A DNA stretch of 64,000 nucleotides from an uncultured Chloroflexia bacterium (GTDB lineage Bacteria; Chloroflexota; Dehalococcoidia; UBA2979), in contig CAVSIV010000001.1 in the NCBI GenBank assembly GCA_963728205.1, positions 352,001 through 416,000 on the forward strand, written 5' to 3'. The notes under the pieces are model-generated. The model saw nothing but the letters and a program-made list of their open reading frames with translations. It searched no databases and had not been told where the DNA came from. How positions within the stretch are numbered: position 1 is the first letter of the stretch; each line of letters opens with the position of its first letter. The translations under genes were made by a program, and so were the position numbers. This document shows positions 9,703-19,090 of the stretch, piece after piece.

Positions 9703-10605
9703 TTACGGCTGTAGCCGCAGCCAGGCGCGCGAGAGCACGTACGCGCGCAGCAGACGCAGGCTCGCGGACTCGTGCGGCGTCACGCGGCTGACGAAGAAGA
9801 GCGTGCGATGCGGCGGTTCCGTGATCGGGCGCACCACCAGGTCGCGCGTGCCGGCCGCGTGCTCGCCCGGCACGATGGCGACGCCGACGCGCCGCGCCAC
9901 CAGCTCGCGGATCGCGATATGACTGTTCGAGATCACGCGGCGCTCGGGCTCGACGCCGGCCTGAGCGAACCAGCCGTCGACCTGGTTCTGCGTGAACGTC
10001 GCCGTCTGATCCTGGAAGCCGACCACCGGCTCGCCGGCAAAGTCGCGCGGCGACAGCATCTCCAATCGCTCGAAGCGGTGCCCCGGCCAGGCGAGCGCGA
10101 CGTACTCCTCCTCGTAGAAGGACTGCTTCGCCAGGCCGTCCACCGGCGCCGGATCGCTGTGCATCCCGACGTCGGCGCGACCGTAGGCGATCTCGCGGTC
10201 GAGGTCGCGCGGCGTGCGGGCCGTCACGCGCAGGTCGACGATGAGGTCGGGATGCTCCTGCTGGAAGCCAACGCAGATGTCCGGCACCGGGAACTCCGAG
10301 AGGCTGTGGCCGACGAGCATCGACAGCGTGCCGCCCGCCGCGGGGTCGCCGCCGGCGGCGAGGGCGTCGTCCAGCAGCCGCAGCTGCCGGATCACCTGGC
10401 GGGCATGGCGGTAGACGACCTCGCCCATCGGCGTGAGCTGGACCCGCCGGCCGGCCCGGCGCACGAGCGGGGAGCCGACCGTCGCCTCGAGCCGCTGCAG
10501 GCGCTGGTACACGGCGGGCTGGCTCATCGAGAGCGTGCGCGCGGCACGCGTGTAGCCGCCCTCATCCGCGACGGCGACGAGTGTCTCGAGCAGGTCGACG
10601 TTCAT
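9703..10605 (-). CDS. LysR family transcriptional regulator
   Basis: N-terminal HTH GGYTRAARTLSMSQPAVYQRLQRLE; 300 aa. Confidence 0.95.
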   Translation of the reverse strand: MNVDLLETLVAVADEGGYTRAARTLSMSQPAVYQRLQRLEATVGSPLVRRAGRRVQLTPMGEVVYRHARQVIRQLRLLDDALAAGGDPAAGGTLSMLVGHSLSEFPVPDICVGFQQEHPDLIVDLRVTARTPRDLDREIAYGRADVGMHSDPAPVDGLAKQSFYEEEYVALAWPGHRFERLEMLSPRDFAGEPVVGFQDQTATFTQNQVDGWFAQAGVEPERRVISNSHIAIRELVARRVGVAIVPGEHAAGTRDLVVRPITEPPHRTLFFVSRVTPHESASLRLLRAYVLSRAWLRLQP

Positions 10606-10738
10606 GCGCCTCCCGTGGCATTCAGCGGAACAGTGAAAGGTCGCGCCAGCATAGGCAGCGCGAATGCAGGGTCAATCGCACGCGCCGCCGGGTACTGACT
10701 CGGTTTGCGCGTGGGGAGATTCGCTAGACTGCGAGGGT

Positions 10739-11290
10739 ATGTCGGAACACCGATGCGCCCGACCGATCCCCGCGCCGCCGCATTCACCGCCGGGGGGCGC
10801 CGCGCGATCGCTGCCGGACACCCGACCGAGGCTGGTGTTGCTGTGCGGCCTGCCTGCATCGGGCAAGACGACGCTCGCGCGCGAGCTTGCGCATGCCTAT
10901 GGCGCGGTGCGGCTCAACCCGGATGAGTGGGAGCTGGCGCTCGACGTCGATCCGTTCGACGAGGGCTTCCAGGCCAGGCTCGAAGCGGAGTTCTGGAAAC
11001 TGACGCAGCGGCTCCTCGAGCTGGGAACCTCGGTGGTGCTCGAGTGGGGTTTCTGGGCTCGCTCGGAGCGCGACGAGAAGCGCGAGGCCGCACGAACGCT
11101 CGGGACAGCCGTCGAACTCCGTTTCCTCGATGCGCCCTACGACGAGCTGGTGCGGCGGGTCGTGGCTCGTCACGCCGCCGGCGGCATCGCCATCACCGAG
11201 CGTCACATGGAGCGGTATCGAGGCATCTTCGAGCCGCCGACTGACGACGAGCTCGCCCTCTACGACCCCCCGCTCCCAGATTCGAACTAG
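10739..11290 (+). CDS. AAA_33-type P-loop kinase/ATPase
   Basis: GLPASGKTT Walker A, VVLEWGFW, FEPP; start uncertain. Confidence 0.85.
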   Translation: MSEHRCARPIPAPPHSPPGGAARSLPDTRPRLVLLCGLPASGKTTLARELAHAYGAVRLNPDEWELALDVDPFDEGFQARLEAEFWKLTQRLLELGTSVVLEWGFWARSERDEKREAARTLGTAVELRFLDAPYDELVRRVVARHAAGGIAITERHMERYRGIFEPPTDDELALYDPPLPDSN

Positions 11291-11945
11291 GACACTGCCC
11301 GCGGCCGGCGCACGCCCGGACGTGCTCGTCGTACGCGAGCGCAGCCAGCCCGGCGCCCCCGCGTCGACGTCATCGACCGATTCCAGCGCGATGCGCGTTG
11401 ATGGCCGCGTTCCCGACGCCGGCGGCCGCTCGCAGCCGCGACCGCGCCGGGCCGGCGAGCCGCTCCCAGGTTCGGATCTCCGCGGGATGGTGGCCGGTCG
11501 ACCCGGGCGACCTGCGAGCCGATCGCAGCCTCACTGCGGCTGCGTGAACGCGATCGCAACCGGTCGCCTCCTACCGTGGAGGCGTCTCGCCAGAGACCGC
11601 CGCGACGCACCACATCGGAGGCTTGCTGTGCGGATACGACACTCGAACGACCCCGTGCCCGCGGCGCGGCCCGGCAACGGCGGGACCGCGTTCGGCATCG
11701 CCGGGCCGACCCACCTGCCCCACTCCACATCGCGGCGGCGCCCGCCGACCGCGCGCTCGGCGCCGGATCTGCTCCACGTTGCGCACCCGTCGCCGCCGCG
11801 ACACACCTGCGCGGGCGGCGGCCGCGGTACGCGATCGTGCCTGCGCGAGACGTGGCACCGCCCCGCTTCGCCGCCACCCGACGCCTAGCGTGAGCGGCTC
11901 CTCCCGGCGAGTGCAGCCGCGCGACCCCGTGTGCGGCCGGCGCGT

Positions 11946-12981
11946 ATGACCGAATCGTTGCGCGATCGCCTCGGCGCGAAGGACCTGTCGCTCGCCGATG
12001 CGATCGCGGGCGTGATCGCAGCCGCGGATGCTCTCGCGGCAGAGCACGCGCGGGGCGTCACACGCGGCCGGCTCGCACCCGAGGACTGCCTGCTCGGGCG
12101 TCGCGGCCGTGTGACGCTGCGCGCCCCGTCGCCTGCACCGGCGGGCGTCGACGCGGCGCGATATGCGGCGCCCGAGGTCGTGGCCGGGGCCCCGGCCGGC
12201 GTGGAGGCCGGCGTCCACTCGCTCGGCGCGATCCTCTACGCGCTGCTCTGCGGCGAGCCGCCGGCGCGGCCGGTGCCGCGCGCGCCGAGCGCGATCAACC
12301 CGGCGGTGCCCGCGGGCGTCGAGCGCGTGGTGCTGCGAGCGCTCGCGTCGCAGCCCGGCGAGCGGTACGCGAGCGCCGCCGCGTTCCGCGACGCGCTCGC
12401 CGGCGCCGCGCGCGAGCGCCCGGGGTTGCCGATGCCGGCCGTCCGGCCGCGGTCGTCGGCTCCACCCGCGGCGCCGGTGCCTCCGCCCGGCGCGGCGGGC
12501 GGGCGCGCCGGGCGCCTGGTGCTCGGCGTCGCGACGGCGCTCGCGCTCGCAGCAGCGACCGTGCTGCTGCTGGGGACGGGCGGGGCGGCGAGCGCGCTCG
12601 GTGGGCTGCACCTCTTTCACCCGTCGGATTCCGGGGGGGCTCCCCGCCGCCGCGGCGACGGCCACCCTCTCGCCCGTCGTGACGTCGACGGCGCCGGCGT
12701 CGCAGCCGTCGGCGGTCGCGTCCGCCGCCGCATCCCCGCGCCTCCCCACGCGGACGCGCACCGCACCCACGACGGCGCCCGCCACACCGCCCTCGCCCAC
12801 GCCGCCCCCCACCGCTTCGCCCACTCCGACGACGACGCCCGCGGCGTCGCCCTCGGCCGTCGCGACCGCGCCTCCCACGACCAGCCCCGCGCCGTCGCCG
12901 ACTGCGACGCCGACGCCGACCGCGGTGGCGGCCACCGCGCCGGCCGTCGTGACGACCGCCACCCCGGCGCCCACGCCGTAG
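11946..12981 (+). pseudogene. Degenerate Ser/Thr kinase-like C-lobe, TM helix and Pro/Thr-rich tail; frameshift near 12635
   Basis: YAAPE, VHSLGAILYALLCGEPP and ERYASA motifs; N-lobe absent; tail continues in frame 12163..12981 after the G7/C4 run. Confidence 0.6.
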
Positions 12982-13068
12982 TCGACGGTCAGCCGGCGCC
13001 TGAATCGGACGAGCGCCCGACGCTGCGCGCCTCCGCTCGTGGCGCTCGCGGTGCAGGGGTGACGTCGG

Positions 13069-14653
13069 CTAGTCGAGCAGGCCGTGCTCCATCGCGAAGA
13101 GGGCGGCCGCGGCGCGCGTGGAGACCTCGACCTTCGCGTAGATGTGCTCGAGGTGCGCGCGCACCGTGCTCTCGCTCACCACGAGGCGGGCCGCGACCTC
13201 GCGGCGGGTGAGGCCGCGCGCCGCGAGGCGCAGCACGTCGACCTCGCGGTCGGTGAGGCCGGCGGGCCAGCGGGCGGCCGGCGGCCGCGCACCGGGCCCG
13301 CGGTGCGCGGCCGCCGCATCCGGGGCACCGCAGACGGCGCCGAGCGCTGCGAACACGCGCGGGTCGTACCGCGTGCCGACCTCGTCCCGCATCGACTCGA
13401 GCGCATCCCGCGCCGCCTGCGCCGCGTGATCGGGCGCGTCGTGCGTGAGATTGTCGAAGCGGTCGACGGCGGCGACCACGCGTGCGCCGAGCGGGATTCT
13501 GTGCGCCGGCGAGACCGTGCGGGAACCCGGAGCCGTCGAGGTGCTCGTGGTGCGCGGCCGCGATCGCCGCGATGCGTTCGTGGCCGGGCATGCGCAGCAG
13601 GATGCGTTGCGTGTGGCGCGGGTGCAGCTCGAACGCGTCGCGCTCGGCCGCCGAGCGCTCGGCGCGCGGCTTCTCCAGCACCCACGACGGGATCCCCACC
13701 TGGCCGACGTCGTGCACCAGGGCTGCCAGCCGGATCTCGCCGACGTCGGCGGCCGGCAGGCCGAGGTGCTCCGCGACGCGCTCCGCGAGGCCAGCGACGC
13801 GCCGGGAGTGGCCCCCCATGTGCGGCGCCTTCATGTCGGTGAAGTCCGCGAGGTAGGCGGTCACCGCCTCGGCGAATGCTTCGGGCGCGGCCACCGTCCC
13901 GCCCTCCGGCTCGAGCGCGCGCACGGCTGACCAGACGCCCTCGCTCTCCAGCGGCTCCCAGAAGCCGGTGCGCTCCGCCGCCGCCAGGAACGCGTCGACC
14001 ACGACGGGCGAGAAGGCAACGCCGCGCCGGTCGCGTGCGAGCTCCAGCGCGAGGTCGGGACCGCCGCGCTGGTGGAAGACCTCGAGGAAGATCGCCGCGT
14101 GCACGGCGCTCGCCGGGACCGGGATGTCCTCGCCGGCGAGGCCGGCCGGCATGCCCTTGCCGTCCCAGCGCTCGAACGCGTGACCGAGCGTCTCGCGCAC
14201 GCCGACCGGCATGCCGAGCCGCCGGGCGAAGCGCTGCGCGACCTCGATGGTGTTCGCGAGCCCCTCGCGGAAGAACGCGTCCTTGCGCCGCGACACGTCG
14301 ACCATGCGAAACACCCGGCGCGGCAGCGAGGCGTCGCGCGCGACGTATCGCGCCATCCAGTTCAGGGTGTCGAGCTGCCTCGTGAAGTCCGAGTAGAACA
14401 GCAGCGCGCGGCGCGCGGCGATCTCGTCGCCGAGGAAGTGGTTCGCCAGCTGGCTCGTCCACGCGGTGCAGCCCGCGTCGGTGAGCAGGCCGGCGTAGTA
14501 GACGTCGCGGCGCTCGTGCGGCGCGAGACCGAGCTCGTCGGCGATGCGCGAGGCGATGTAGCAGCAGCGCGCCGCGTGCTCGCCGGGCAGGCCCATCGCG
14601 AGGTCGGCGGCCATCGAGACGGCCTCGAGGAAGTCGACGGTCTGAACCGGCAT
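13069..14653 (-). pseudogene. HD-GYP (double HD) plus LuxR-HTH regulator; single-base frameshift near 13497
   Basis: FERWDGKG, LVHDVG and HHEHLDGSGFP in one frame; LTDREVDVL..TVRAHLEHIYAK in the next; removing one A from CAGAATC restores QIPLGARVVAA. Confidence 0.85.
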
Positions 14654-14946
14654 CGCCACCCCCACGCGGCGACGCGCGGCCCCCGCGTACCGATGCTGCA
14701 ACGCCGTGTCAACCGCGGGCCGGTACGGGGCGGTACGCGCGGGACCGGCGCCCCGTTCGTGCGAATGGCGGGCGCCGGCTGCGCGGAACCGCGAGGCCGG
14801 TCGTGACCTTGGTCCGTGACCCCGTCGCGCGCGGGCGGCCACCCTGTACCCATGGCCCGCATGCGTCCCACCGGAAGCGGTTTGCACCGCGGCGCGGATG
14901 TCACGGTGCCGACGCCTCCCGTCGCCGACGGGGGAAGGAAGCGATC

Positions 14947-15213
14947 ATGTCCGGGGAGACCGTCGCCGGGTTGTGGGGCTGGATCGCGATGGTGGGCGTC
15001 CTCACCGTCGTGTGGACCGCGGCCGTGCTCGTGATCGCGTGGCAGCTGCGGCCCGGAACCGATCGCAGCCGCGGCGCCGGCCGTGCCTGCCGCGACGACG
15101 CGCTCGCGGTCGCCCAGCGCGCCTACGTGCGCGGCGAGCTGACGCACGATCGCTACCTCGAGGTCGTGGCGGACCTCCACGGCGCGGTGCCCCGCCCGCA
15201 CACGAGCGGCTGA
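14947..15213 (+). CDS. Small TM plus SHOCT-domain protein
   Basis: TM helix, DALAVAQRAYVRGELTHDRY; paralog of 20436-20711; AAGGAAG RBS. Confidence 0.75.
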   Translation: MSGETVAGLWGWIAMVGVLTVVWTAAVLVIAWQLRPGTDRSRGAGRACRDDALAVAQRAYVRGELTHDRYLEVVADLHGAVPRPHTSG

Positions 15214-15306
15214 GGGGGCGCCGCCGGCGCGAGCGGCCGTCGTGCGGCTGCGGCGTGCCCGAGCCGAACGCGATCGTTCATCGACCCGCGGATCGCACCT
15301 GACGCC

Positions 15307-15355
15307 GGCGGCGGCAAGACGCCGCCGATCTGTCGGCGGCATGTCTGCCGCCGCT
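15307..15355. repeat. REP-like palindrome doublet (same family as 5991)
   Basis: GTCGGCGGCATGTCTGCCGCCGCT at 15332-15355 with a degenerate partner upstream. Confidence 0.8.
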
Positions 15356-15417
15356 GCGCGTGCGGCGGGGAAGCCGGACGGCCCGCAATCCGGCCGGCCC
15401 GAGAGCCGGGCGGGAGG

Positions 15418-16494
15418 CTAACTCGCCGGCGCGTCGGGCAACTCGAGCGGCGGGTACATCGGGATGCCCGACGAGAACGCCTCGCGCATCGTCATGCCGT
15501 AGTCGCGCTCGATGTCGCCGAGGTTCCAGGCCTGCCGCTTGTAGTTCCAGTTGTCCGGTTTGAGCTCATGTGCGCGCTTGAAGTGGCCGATCGCCGCCTC
15601 GGGCTGTCCGTGCTCGTGCAGGTACACGCCGAGCCGGAAGTGCGCATTCGCCTCGCCGTTCGCCGGGTCGGGCGCACCCATGCGCCGAGCGGTCTCGGCC
15701 GCCGCCGTGACGTAGACGCTCGCCGCGCCGTTGTGCACCCAGTCGCGCACGGCGTTGAGATACGCCTCGTTGACGGTCGTCTCGCCGGTCTCGCGGTTGC
15801 GGCGCTGGATGTAGATGGGGTCGTTCGCGCGGACGATGCGGCCCGACTCGTCGATCCAGAACGCGGCCGGCACGTTGCGGGTGTTGTAGCGCTCGGGCAC
15901 GACGTGGTTGGTGTCGATGAGCGACGGGTGCGCGGGGTGTGCGGCGGTGATAAACGGCTCGGCGGCCGCGGCGCCCTTCGTGTCACACGCGACCGTGATC
16001 AGCTCGAAGCCGTCGTCCTGGAGCTCATTGCGCAGCGCCTGCCAGACCGGCAGGTCGAAGCGGCAGCCTCACCACGAGGCCCACGCGAGCAGGAACACCT
16101 TCTTGCCGCGATGGTCCGAGAGCCGGTGGACGCGGCCGTCGAGGTCGGGCAGCGCGAAGTCGGGCGCCGTGAGCGTGAGCATGCGCGTCTGCGCGTCGCT
16201 CGATGGCGCGCCGAAGTACCAGGCGCCGGCGTCGTCGTCGTGGGCGACGGGCTGGCCCATGTAGCGTGCGAACGCCGCGAGGTTGAGGGCGGCCTCGGCG
16301 CCGTCGTCGCGGACCATCGCGGCGCGGTCGCCGACGACGGGCACGCAGACCTCGGCGCGGCAGATGCCCTCGGGCTTGATCTCCCAGTCGGTGGCGGCGG
16401 CGAGGTCGGTCGCCGACAGCCAGAGGTCGTCGCCGTCGGCCTGGGCGCCGGGGAGCGTGGTGGGCCGATTGCCGTAGATGACCGTCGCGGGCAT
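15418..16494 (-). CDS. Selenoprotein: ResA/TlpA-like redoxin with W-A-S-W-U-G-C motif (Sec142) and C-terminal TPR, 358 aa
   Basis: Track ORFs 16069..16515 and 15418..15900 are in frame and separated only by TGA 16069-16071; reads APDFALPDLDG..WASW-U-GCRFDLPVW..NVPAAFWIDE; SECIS-like hairpin follows. Confidence 0.9.
16038..16054 (-). promoter_or_regulatory. Candidate bacterial SECIS element
   Basis: CCUGCC-GGUCU-GGCAGG; G-starting loop 20 nt after UGA, loop resembles the E. coli fdhF SECIS. Confidence 0.75.
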
Positions 16495-16576
16495 GGGGCG
16501 CCTCCGTCGAAGCATGGTTGGGGAGCCGGCGCATGGTACGCGCCTGCGGGGCGGCGGGAGGGGGCTGGTCGGGCGG

Positions 16577-16777
16577 TCAGCTCGGCGTGCGGCGGCGCAG
16601 CCCGGAGGCGACCAGCGCCAGCCCGAGCGCGGCGACGACCGCCCCGATCAGCAGCCACTGCGAGTGGCCGCTCATCGCGTTGCCGCCGAGCACTCCGCCG
16701 CCCTGCAGCGCCCACACGAGTCCGGCGAGCAGGAGCAGCCCCCCGCCGATCAACCTGATGACGCGCACCCGAGCCAT
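16577..16777 (-). CDS. Small two-TM membrane protein
   Basis: Two hydrophobic helices around WALQGGGVLGGNAMSG; GGAAGG RBS. Confidence 0.7.
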   Translation of the reverse strand: MARVRVIRLIGGGLLLLAGLVWALQGGGVLGGNAMSGHSQWLLIGAVVAALGLALVASGLRRRTPS

Positions 16778-16822
16778 GGTCGCCGCCTTCCGCGGTGGGG
16801 GTCGTGGGTTGCCGGCCGGCCG

Positions 16823-17380
16823 CTAGTAGCCGTAGCCGCCGGCACTGCCCGCGCTCGAAGACGGCGCGGACGTGGCGCCCGCTCCCATCGCGCGCGCCAG
16901 CGACCAGACGCCGCCGACGCCGTCGCCGCTTGTCTGACCGGCCTGCGCGTCGCCGGCGTAGTAGTACAGCGGCATGCCGTCGAGGGTCACCTGGCGGTCG
17001 CCGTCGGCGCGTGCGATCGTCCCGAGCTTGCCGGCGACGCCGGACGCGGCCGACGGCGCGCCCGTCACCTCGAGCGGCGGCCAGTTCTGCGCGCAGCCGC
17101 CCGAGCAGTTGCTCGTCCCGGCGGTGTCGCGCGCGTAGACGTAGAGCGCGTGGCCGGTCGGGCCGACGAGGTGCAGGTGCGCGGGGTCGCCGGCGAGCGC
17201 AAGCGTGACGCCGGACCCCGCGGTGGCGGCGGGTGCCGCGGCCGTCGCGGTCGAGGCCGACGCGGCGCCGCCGCTCGAGCCGTAGCCGCCGGAGCAGGCC
17301 GCGAGCACGGCGGCCGCGAGCAGCGCGGCGGCGGCGCCGAGCGCGCGCGTCCATCGGAATTCTGACGTGCTCCGGGGCAT
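16823..17380 (-). CDS. Secreted repeat lipoprotein with Y-X4-D motifs (COG4315-like)
   Basis: LAAC lipobox; LYVYARD..CSGGCAQNWPP; PLYYYAGD..GDGVGGVW. Confidence 0.88.
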   Translation of the reverse strand: MPRSTSEFRWTRALGAAAALLAAAVLAACSGGYGSSGGAASASTATAAAPAATAGSGVTLALAGDPAHLHLVGPTGHALYVYARDTAGTSNCSGGCAQNWPPLEVTGAPSAASGVAGKLGTIARADGDRQVTLDGMPLYYYAGDAQAGQTSGDGVGGVWSLARAMGAGATSAPSSSAGSAGGYGY

Positions 17381-17519
17381 AGGGGTCTCCTCGGTGGGTG
17401 GGGCGCTCGACAGTGTCTCGCGCGGGCGGCCCGCCCGGATCACCGGGCGCCCGGGCAGAACCGGACGGGAAGCGTCGCGGCGCGCTAGTGTGCTCGCCGC
17501 GCAGGAGGAGGAACCGCCC

Positions 17520-18104
17520 ATGGCACGCATGCGTCCGCTGACGAAGGACGAGGTCCCCGACGACATCCGCGCGGTGCTCGACGCCGGTGAGCGCTGGCTC
17601 GGCGAGACACCGCTATCGACCGGCATCCAGGCGCGCACCCCGGCGATCCTCGACGCCAGCCGCGCGCTCGGCGCCGCGCCGGCGAAGAGCGGGCTGCTCG
17701 ACCCCCAGCTGCGCGCGCTGGTGTGCCTGCGCGCGGCGGAGATGATCGGCTGCCCGTTCTGAATGGACACCAACACTGCCGGGAGCAGTGTCAGCGGGGC
17801 ATCGGACGACAAGATCGCCGCGCTCGAGGCGTTTCGCACGAGCGACCTCTTCACGCCGGCCGAGCGCGCGGCGCTCGAGCTGGCGGAGGCGATGACCCAC
17901 ACGCCGCCGGACGTCACCGACGCCATGTTCGACGCCGTGCGCGCGCACTTCGGCGAGGCGGAGACGGTGGAGCTGGTGGCGACGATCGCGATGGAGAACT
18001 ACCGCGCGCGCTTCAACCGCGCGTTCGACGTCGAGGCGCAGGGGCTGTGCCGGCTCCGCGGTATCACCCCGCCGCCGGCGTTGCGGGAGCGCGAGAGGGA
18101 GTGA
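17520..18104 (+). CDS. Selenoprotein: AhpD/carboxymuconolactone-decarboxylase-like with C-P-F-U (Sec81), 194 aa
   Basis: ORFs 17367..17762 and 17763..18104 abut in frame across TGA 17760-17762; LVCLRAAEMIGCPF-U-MD..ERAALELAEAMT..NYRARFN; GGAGG RBS; SECIS-like hairpin. Confidence 0.9.
17773..17791 (+). promoter_or_regulatory. Candidate bacterial SECIS element
   Basis: ACACUGC-CGGGA-GCAGUGU perfect 7-bp stem; loop follows 17 nt after UGA, G at loop position 2. Confidence 0.75.
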
Positions 18105-18108
18105 CGCG

Positions 18109-18903
18109 ATGAACGACGTCGACGTCGCGGCCGTCGCCGCGCGTGCCGAGCGGCTGCGGGACCACCATGCCGGCCCGGGCATGCTCGTGCTCCCCAATGC
18201 GTGGGACGCGGCGTCGGCGCGCGTGTTCGCCGCCGCGGGCTTCCCCGCGATCGCCACCACGAGCGGGGGTGTCGCCGGCGCGCTCGGCTACGAGGACCAC
18301 GAGCAGGCGCCGGTCGAGGAGATGCTCGCCGCCGCGCGCCGCATCGTGCGCGCGGTGGAGATCCCGGTGACCGTCGACTTCGAGGCAGGGTACGGGCTCG
18401 CGCCGGAGGACGTGGTCCAGCGGCTGGTCGCGATCGGCGCGGCCGGCATGAACCTCGAGGACACCGATCACCGCGGCGCGGGCGACGGCCTCGTCGACGC
18501 CGAGCGCCAGGCGGAGCGGCTGGCCGCGGTCAGGGCCGCGGCGCGCGCCGCGGGCGCGGACCTCGTGCTGAACGCGCGGGTCGACGTCTTCATCCAGCGA
18601 CGCGGGACGTCCGACGAGCAGCTCGCGGAAGGGCTTCGCCGCGCCCGCCTCTATCGCGAGGCCGGTGCCGACTGCGTGTACCCGATCCTGCTCGGCGACC
18701 CCGCGGCGATCGCCGAGATCGTGCGCGCGGCGGGCGTCGTGAACGTGATGGTGCGGCGCGGCGGGCCGTTGTCGCTCGCCGCGGCCGCGGCCGCCGGTGC
18801 GCGTCGCGTCTCCTACGCGACGAGCCTCTTCCGGGAGACGATGGGCTGGCTCGAGGGCGTCGCGGGCGAGATTGGCGCGGCCGCCGGCGGGCAGTCCGGC
18901 TAG
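18109..18903 (+). CDS. Isocitrate lyase/PEP mutase family protein
   Basis: LPNAWDAASA, ATTSGGVA, DFEAGYG, NLED, LNARVD and AGADCVY motifs. Confidence 0.92.
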   Translation: MNDVDVAAVAARAERLRDHHAGPGMLVLPNAWDAASARVFAAAGFPAIATTSGGVAGALGYEDHEQAPVEEMLAAARRIVRAVEIPVTVDFEAGYGLAPEDVVQRLVAIGAAGMNLEDTDHRGAGDGLVDAERQAERLAAVRAAARAAGADLVLNARVDVFIQRRGTSDEQLAEGLRRARLYREAGADCVYPILLGDPAAIAEIVRAAGVVNVMVRRGGPLSLAAAAAAGARRVSYATSLFRETMGWLEGVAGEIGAAAGGQSG

Positions 18904-18965
18904 ACGCGCAACCCGCCGACGCCGGCGCAAGTGCGTGAGCGGCATTCGCGTTACGATCGGCGTCC

Positions 18966-19062
18966 ACCGAGAAGGGGAGTAGCCCCCCGCGCGTCATCGT
19001 CAACACGGCCCCCGGGCCCGGTGACGCCCCTCGATCGCGAGGCGGGCAAGACCTTCGGCTGG
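18966..19062 (+). ncRNA. yybP-ykoY manganese riboswitch
   Basis: GAAGGGGAGUAGC...UCGUCAACAC...GGUGAC...GGCAAGACCUUC signature directly upstream of a TerC gene. Confidence 0.9.
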
Positions 19063-19090
19063 CTCGATGGAGTCAACTGGAGGATTGCGC

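Noticed and set aside
13480-13510. Programmed frameshift in the HD-GYP/LuxR gene
   Set aside because: No slippery heptamer seen; one of many similar single-base indels
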